IMG/VR virus record: IMGVR_UViG_3300011114_000952
Coordinates: 1 to 32,363 of that record
Reading direction: 5' to 3' (one strand)
Length of the DNA: 32,363 bases
DNA from: a virus
Lineage: Duplodnaviria > Caudoviricetes
Below, piece by piece: positions 16,901-25,900 of the stretch. Position 1 is the stretch's first letter, and each line of letters opens with the position of its first letter. The translations under genes and the position numbers were made by a program. The notes beneath the pieces are model-generated. The model ran no database searches. It was not told where the DNA came from and saw nothing but the letters and a program-made list of their open reading frames with translations.

Positions 16901-19900
16901 ATCCCACATGAATGCGTCTACTGTGCGCTCGGTGGCGTAGTTGTAGACCGCCAGTTCCTTGTAGATATTGCCCTGGCGCTGGCCACGTCCCAGCCGTTGC
17001 AGCAAATTGGCCAAGTTCCAGTGTGTGTCCAGATTATGGATGGCTGCGACGCGCTCTTGCACGTTCACGCCAGTCCCCGCCTTTTCGGTGGAGCCGATAA
17101 ACACCCGCACCTTGCCTGCATTGACTCGCGCAAAAAGCGCCTGGCGTTCGCGTGCATCTTTGGCGTCATGAATGAAGGCGATCTCATCGGCCGGAATACC
17201 GCGCTTAATGAGTTTGGCTTTCAAGTCCGTATAGATACTGAACTTGCCAGGATGGGGCACGCCCAGATCGGCAAAGACCAGTTGCGTGCCGCGATCTTTG
17301 GCCTCACGTTTGTAGATCGTCATGATCTTATCGACCGCGGCATTGGTCTTGGTGTGTTCATAATCGGGCGAAGATGGATTAACGAGGCGCATATCCATGG
17401 CCGCCTTACGTCCATCGCCCACTACCGCGAGCATGTTATCGGGTAGCGCCTGCTTGCCATTTTTGCGGATAGTGGCTGCGCGCTCCTGAATCTTGGTCAT
17501 ATAGTCGGCAACTCCCTCGTTCTGGGGAACCAACACCGCCTCTTGCTTACCGCCCGCAATCGCAGGGCGCTGGATCCCGGCTGAGTCTGCGCTCACCGGA
17601 TCAAGCACCGAATAGACCATCTGCATCAACTCGGGGATATTCACAAACTTATTGAACTTGGTGACCATCTGATAGCCGCCCCCCTCGGGCAGATACTCGA
17701 TGACCTGGCCAATATCCCCGAAGGTGTTTGCCCACGGGTCGAACATTTGTAGTCCGCGCTTACGCAATTCAGACGGTTGCAGAAAGCGACTGATCGAGAA
17801 TAACTCCCCAACGCTGTTGGAGATCGGGGTCCCCGAGGACAACACCACTCCGCGACCCTGCGTATCGTTTAACCAGTTCGTTTTCATGAATAGATCAAAA
17901 GCGCGACCAGACCCTTCAGGCTGGAGACCGCGCATCTGGCGACCCATGCGCGTGGCAAACATCAGATTCTTAAACTTTTGCGCCTCATCAATATAAATGC
18001 GATCGACTCCCAACTGCTCGAATGGCATCAGATCGTCCTTGGCGCGCTTATCGAGTTCTCGCTTCATGCGATTATCCAAAGCCTTTTTGGCCTTTTCCAA
18101 CTCCTTGACCACGCGCGCGGTCATGTTCTCGCCTTTGGCCGCGAGGATCGCATTGGAAAGATTATCTATCTCTCTTTGGAAATTCGCCCGTATGGATTCC
18201 TCGCTCATTGGTATGCGAGAAAAACTGTCATGCGTCACGATCACCGCATCCCAATCGGACAAGGCAATACGCGCCAATTGACGCTTGCGCTCAATGGCGT
18301 TTTGCTTGATCTCCATGGTGAGAATGTTGGCGCCAGGATAGAGGCGTAGGAATTCCGCCTGGATCTGTGGCAGGGTACTCAAGAGCACTACCATCATCGG
18401 CTTCTTGGCCAGACCCAGACGCTTTTCCTCCATCACCGTGGCCACCATGGTAAAGGTCTTTCCGGTGCCGACTTCATGGGCATAATAAGTATTGCCCGCC
18501 TGTACCGTGCGCCAGACTGCTGCGGCTTGGTGGGGGCGCAATGACATCCCTACTGCCATCCCTGGCAAACGGATATTGCCATTGGGTTCGATCTGATCGG
18601 CACTGGCCGGATAGGCATAGGTACGCAGACGTACCCCGTTCATCTCGTCGTTGTACTTGCGCGCCAAGCGCACCGCACGCGCATCATCCTCCCAGATCCA
18701 TTTGGCAAAGCGTTCCTTGATCTCGGAGAGTTTAGAATTGGCAGAAGCCGTCTCCTTGCGATTGACCTCTTTCTTACCATCCCGGTCTGGCGGGTCATAG
18801 ACAACGGGAAATCCGCCATTGAGGGCGTAATCCATCAAGTCAGGGAAGGGTACTTGGGGCGTGCCCCAAGTCACCCGCGCCTCGGTGCCACTTCCTAAAC
18901 TCTTGTAGGACTGCTTATCGCGTGCATCGCTACGTCCCATTCCCGCGGCGATCGTCCATTTCCCAATTTCGGGGATGAAATGCACAGTGATCCTCCTTTG
19001 AGTATTGAGCATATCCCCCATAAAATGAGCCACATCCTCACCCGGAATCCACGGCGCCCCAGGGCGCGCGCTGATCTTAGAGGGCGGCAGATCCGTTGGC
19101 AAAGATGCCTCCAATGCGGCAACATTCGGAGCAAAGTCCGTATCGGCCTCGGCTGCCGCTTTGGCGATCAGCAGTTTCTCACGCACGTTCCCTGACAAAT
19201 ATTCTTCGGCAGTGACCCAGCCTTGCTGCGGATCATCATAGACAATGCCTTTCAATTCGGCTTTGGCTAGGGCCTCTGACATCCCCGTGAGTCGTGTGAT
19301 GGTGCCCCAGTCCACACGCCCGCGTTCACCTAGACTGACCGTGAGCGCATCTTTGACATTATCGGTATGTTCAATCGGGGCGCGCAGGTGAAAGTCAATT
19401 TCAATACGCGCACCCTTGGCTGTCTCGGGATTCCATTTCTCCAGGGCAAGCAGTAGCGCCGCATCGGGATCTTCCGAGAAGGCTTCGACATTAGCCTGGG
19501 CATTTAAGAATCCGTGTTTCTTGACGAATGCCTTATAGGCCGCTTCGATCGCCAGTTTGGCTTCCTTGATGACCGATTCGGGCTCGTTCTGTACCCGATT
19601 GCGCAATAACCGTCTGATGCTATCGCGCACCTTGAGACTTGAGCGAATGATCTGGCCACGGCTGATCTCAACTTTACTTAGTTCAGCAACCGGAGCCATC
19701 ATGTCGCCCTCGCGCCGGTAGAGCTTGCCCTCTTTCTGGGCATAACCTCCGTCCTTCGCCTCACCCTCCAACGGGATAAGCAGCGCATCATGTTCGAGTT
19801 CAGTCACGCGGGCAGTCTCGACCATGACATTGGCGGGAAGATTCATGAGTGCCGTATTGATCGCCTCCCCCAGATCGCGCCCATCGGATTCCAGCGCCGA

Positions 19901-22900
19901 TTCTGTTTCATAGCCATAACGCCCGCGGCGCGCGACCAGGCGCCCCAGAAGCCCATCAGCGCCGATCGCGGTGCCGAAATATTCATTGATCGCCATCGGC
20001 GTCGTGCCACCATCTATGCCGGGCAGATCAAACGCTTCGGTGTTGATCCAGGGCTGCGCATTGGGATACTCAAGCCCGCCCACTTTGCGCCTGAAAAAGA
20101 TGATGTCGGTGGTCACTACCGTTCCCGCGTTCTGTGCAAAGGCATCTTGGGGAAGTCGCACTGCGCCGATGAAATCGGCTCGCTCGGCAAAGAGCTTGCG
20201 TGCCTTGGTGTCCATTTTGTCCAGCGTGCCTTTACTGGTGATAAACGCAATCAGACCACCGGGGCGCGTGAGTTCAATGGATTTGTGGAAATAGTAATCG
20301 TGCAGATTAAGTCGCTCCTTGTTGTAAATTTTATCAACCGGATGGTCAGTATTGGAGAAAGGAACATTGGATATAACTAGATCAAAAAAGCCCTTCGGAA
20401 ACATCGCATCCTGATAGCCTTTATTGAGGATATTGGCTTGCTGGTAGAGTTGCTTGGCAATGCGCGCGGTCAGCGTGTCGAGTTCTATGCCCGTGAGCTT
20501 GGAGGCCAGCATCAACTCCTCTGGCATCAATCCAAGGAAATTACCTGTCCCCACGCCGGGCTCAAGTACGCGACCACCCGTGAAGCCCAAATGTGCAACC
20601 CCGCTCCAGATCGCTTTGACGACTGCTTCCGCGGTGTAGTGGGCGTTGGTCGTACTCGCGCGGGCCGCATCGTATTCGGTCTCGGTCAGTAGGGAGGCCA
20701 GTTCCTTGGTGCGCTCTTTCCAGCCGGCCTGTTCGGCGTAGTTGAACGCCTGTGGCATTCCACCCCAACCCACATAGCGCACCAGTATTTTTTGTTCTTC
20801 GGGAGTGGCCAGTCGATTTTCTGACTCGACTAGCTTGAGCGTCTTGATCGCTGCGATGTTGTCATTGAATTTGACCTCAATGGAGCCCTCGCCTAGATGA
20901 TCCGCGGCCGTTATACGATAGTTGGTTCCGGTTGGTCGAATGGCATCCTGCCCACTTCCAAGATCGGTTGTTCCGCTTCGCTCGGCAGGAGGATGAACTT
21001 CGCCAGTGCCGCTTCCCGTGCGCTCTCCAGATCGTTGCCCAGTTTGCTCACCTGATAACCGATCATCGCCTTGCACTGTTCCTGGGCGTTCAGTATCGCT
21101 GCCCGGTAGACGTGGTGTTCTTTCAGATGGGCCACCATCGTCGGGCGGTATATCCCCCAGTGTTTCTGTGCCATCGCCCCGAATCGTGTTATTCCCACTA
21201 CTTGTACCATCAGTGGTCTCCTTCTTCAAATAGACCGCATTCTCACCAGGCTGCCAGGAAGGGCTCATAGCCTTTAGCCCAAAGACACGCAACTCCTCGG
21301 GATCGAGTCCTTCGGGATAACCCAATGCGTACAGAGTATCATCAAAGGCAAAGTAGCCTTTGGGCTGGGCGCCCACGCCTCTTTTAACAAAAGATCTGTA
21401 CCAAAACAGGCCATCAGACTTGGCCTCCCCCGTTTGTAGCTGCGCGAGACGCTCCTCCAGTGTGGGCAACAAGGCATCGAGCGCCGCCTCCATATCCTTG
21501 ATGTGCGCCACCGCCACACTCACATAGCCCTCTTTAATCATCGGGCCGGTCTCAGTCCACTCGATGTTACCCAGCAAGTGCCTGAAATAAGTGGAAAAGC
21601 GCGCCCGCTCATCGCCAATGGGATAGGGCGAGCCCTTGTAGCCGTTCTCAGTGGTAACGTGCTTATCGGCGACCCAACTGGTTACCAAATACGGGCTCTC
21701 GCCTGCCATGGCATCATAGATGAACGCCTCCCAGCTTCGCGCCCAGAGTTCCTCATCATTGCCCCAGTATTCCTTGCCCAGTTTATCAGCGTCTTTTTTG
21801 AACTGTGTTTCGTTGATAACACCCCAGCCTGGATTATTCCAATAGCGTCCCGTGATGAAATCGCGGGCCTGTTCCAGTCGGTTAGAAGCGCGCCGACCTT
21901 TAACATAAGAGTTCCCCATCAACAGATTGTCCACCGTGGCAATGGCTTTTTCCGTGTCGTAGGTCTTCTTGAGTGCGTTCACCAGATCGCGCAGCGCGGC
22001 CTTGGTCTTGGAATTGGATTCAACAGTGTGGGCGGGGATGCCATATTTTTTAGCATCTCTCTCGGTCTTCCACTGCTTTGGTACATCCTCACCATTATGT
22101 ACGGCACTCACCAGTTCGCCGCCATAGCGTTGCAGAGCGTACCCGTTACCATCGGGATGCGGTACTACGGTCAATGTCGTGTCGGCCCCCCCAGCGCGCC
22201 GAAGCGCGTAATCAAAGGCATGCCCCCACTCATGGGCGACCGTGCCATCGCCTTTGGTCTTGGTGAGATTTATGACCACGTTCCCCGACTCATAGTGCGC
22301 AGCAGCCCGGCCATGCCCGCGGCTGCCAAAGGCCAGCCCCAACTTACCCCCGAGACTAATCCCCTTGGGATCAATCCCCATGGTATCGGCTAGGTCGTGT
22401 AACGCATCGAAGGATTGATTTACATCCTGGGGACGCTTGGCGGCCTCCACCCAGTTGCCAAACTCCACACCGCGAAAGCCAAAGGTGTCGATAAAGTCCT
22501 GGGCGCCGATATTGCGCCCGTTACGATGATCCTTCATGCCCTCCCGATTGACCGCCTCTAGTTGAGGACGGATCAAGGGCTTGGAGCGTGATCGCTCGGT
22601 CTCATCTTTCACCTCAGTAGCCAGACCGAATTTGGCACTGTGAAGCGTGGTAAGACTCGCTGCGCGCGTGAGGTACTGGGCCAAATTTTTGCCAAAATCG
22701 GTATTCCAGCCATATAGGCGCGTGGCCTCTTGCTTTCCATTGACCTGGGTAAAGCCCGATTCATGAAAATCGGCGTCGCTGCGCTTCAAGCCTTCTTTGA
22801 CAACCTGATCCTCGGCAAATACTTTATCGACTAAGGCCGCCTCAAGGGCGGCTCGGGCCTGCTCAACTGTCATCGCATTCTGGGTAATATTGCGCAATTC

Positions 22901-25900
22901 CTCCATGGTGGCCATGTACTGGCCTGCCATCTTCTCGACTTCGGCTTTATTTTCTGGTGTTCTGTCGATATATCGCTCAAGCGCTACAGCGAAAGAGTAT
23001 CTATAGGACGCGCGGCCGCCCCCGGCTTTTTCGCCAGCGTATTGCAGAAAACTCTTTATGCTGTCGCGTACCCGTTCCAAGAATACCTTGGTGCCTGGGG
23101 TGGAACCATCAGCGAGCTTGATCTCCCAGAGGGTAGATTTCGAGGTGTTATCGAGGATTTTCTTGAGGTCTTTCTTTTTGTTACCGGTATCGGCTTCCCG
23201 AATGGTCTTGGTGAAGTTGTCGGCACGCTTGCCAAACATTTTCTCGCCCGTGTCCTGCATTTTTTCTATCTTGGGCTCGGGTGGCTTGGTGGGCGGCTTT
23301 ACTTTTGGCTTTACTTTTGGCTCTACTGTTGCTTCATCCTTTGGTGCTACAGGCGTCGGTTCAACAGTGGCGGCCGTCTGTGTGCTGCTCTCGGGCTTAT
23401 TCAACTCCTCATGCCAGCGTTTCAGATATGGCTTGACTGCACTACTTAATACCGTGAGTACATGCTCAATGAATTCATCCAGCGGCTTTCCCGCAGCAAC
23501 AAATTCGGCATAAGCCTCTTTGAGTAACGGATTTGCTTTCGCCCAGGTATCCTCATCGAAGTCCTCGCGCGCCTTGTTGCCACGGCGGCGCAGGGCGGGG
23601 GTTCCGCCCTGCATTCCGAGTGCGCCACTATACTTATCTGCTCCCCAAGTGAGATTGGCCTCTTGGCCTGTAACGGTCTGCGTGGTGATGGCGTCATCGG
23701 GGATAGCGAAGAAACTCGCCGCGCTTTGCTGTGCGGGAAGGATATAGACCACGCCTCCGTCCCTGAAGGTTGGGACGAGTACCTGCGAGACAAACTCGGG
23801 CAATGCGTTGAGGCAACCGTAACTCACCCGATTATCGGCGCCCGTTTCGGATAGCAGCCGGCCAAGACGGTTCTCGAATGCCGCCCCAAGGTAGACCCGA
23901 TGGATCGACAGTTGAGTTTTGGCGTATTCCGCAAACTTGACCACGGGGCCATATTCGGGCGATGTGACGACGCTTCCATCGAAGCGGCCGGCCGGCGTGA
24001 TTTTGTCGGCTTGCGTAACCTTGTCGATGGGTAGATCAGCCTGTTCAGGCGTAAGCCGATCCCCGAGCGCGGCCCCGGTGAGGACTGGGGCTTTGGCGAC
24101 TAGCGCCCCCTTGGTATCCATGACGTACAAAAGGCCCGCGTTCTTGTCCACGACGACAAAGGGCTTGCCCTTGGCTTCACTCTTGCGCACAACCCAATCG
24201 GCCACGATCTTGGCATCAACGCCCGCGGCGACACCCTTGAAGTCGGCCGTGGGATGTTTGATGGTGAGCGTGTAGGCGGTTTTTGTTACCGGAACCGTGA
24301 CCTCGGTAATCTGCTGCGACATGGGGCTGATGGCGACCATGATCGAGAGCAGGCCCGCGCGTACTGAGGCGAGCACCTTATGGAATATTTCCCCCAGTCG
24401 TGTCCCCAGATCGCGCGCGCCCGCGGCGAGCCAATCGGCGTAATGTTCGAGGAACGTCTGCGCCGCCTCGGGTGTCCAGGCGTCATGCCCTAATGCCTCG
24501 GCTGCGTCGGCCTTGTCAGTGGCATCGAGGGCTTTGTCCAGTTCGGCAGCGACGGGCAATGCAGTGTCTTGTGCAAGGGCTTCGGAACTCTTGACGCTGA
24601 TAGGTGCCGATCCCGGCGCGTCATTAACTCCAAATAGCGCCTCCAGTCGGCCCATTGCCTTGGAGACTCCTGTGATCGCATGGCCGGCGCCTTCTCGGGC
24701 GATCTTAGAGGCGCCTTTGACCCGCCCTTGATCGGGTAATTTACCGGCTCGTCCAGAGAGTAGAGCATCTACGGCCGACTTATTGGCCGCAGCATCAATC
24801 TTGGCTTGGGCGCGTTGTATGCGTACCTCGAAGTCATCGGCGCTCACCGTGGCCGCATCGGCAGCAGCGACGGGGGCCACTTCGGAGTCCTTTGGCTCGG
24901 CGACTTTCTTTTCCTCCGCTTCGGCCTCGGTCAAGTCTTGGGCGCGTTTCTCGGCCAGTGGCTTTTCTGCGATCGGCTTGGTGGGTGGCGTCATCAAATC
25001 ACGAATGGCCTGATTGGCCGCATCGTCGTCCAATTCCTGATAGTAGAAATCCTCAACAGCCTCGTCTATCTGCTTTGCGGTCACTCCGACGCCAACCGCC
25101 TTTTCAATCAGCCCGCGGTCCAGACGGTCATACTTCCCGTGGATGGCCAGCACCGGATTGTCGATGGCGTTGTTAGCCATGAAAAACGAGTACGCGAATC
25201 CTTCAGGGGTCGCGCTTCTGGCATTCTTGGTCGCCAGGCTTTTGCCGCCATACTTGGCCCACATTTTCGAGCCCTCGGTTGGCTCAACGGGCACAATCGG
25301 CAGATCTGCATTGAACCGGCCCCACAATATCGTCTTCTTGGTGTACGGATCGCCCATGTGGTTTGGATCGAACGACAGGCGCCACGGCGGCAGATTGCCC
25401 AGCTTCTCGATTCGTCCTACGGGATTCTCAATCGCCCAGATCGCCGGCTTGAAAAATTCGATGGTAGCCAGCGTAATCCCCACCAGTTCCACGGAATCCC
25501 GCGTGCGGCCGTCAGCATCCTTCACCGCAAAATGGCGGGCGCCGCTCACCGCGAAATCGGTACACGGGACAGCGGCCAGTATCGCGTGAATATCCTTCCC
25601 GTCGAATGACCCGAATAAGTCGTTGAAGAATTCCGTTGAGAAGTTCGTTACATCCCCGGTCCCATTGATGCCAGGGAAGTAGTCCGGTGATTCCGGCGGC
25701 ACATACTCAGGCTCCCCTGGCTTAATGTCACCCTGAATGTCGAACCGATATACATCGTAGCCGGCCTGCTCCCACGGACGGGACCATCCCCCGGTCAGAT
25801 CGAACAGGGACAGCACCACCTTGTCACTGTTCAAGCCTGACTTGACTTGCTTGATGGCATGATCTTCCCAATCTTCGATCTTGGCCTTGGCCTGTTCAAC

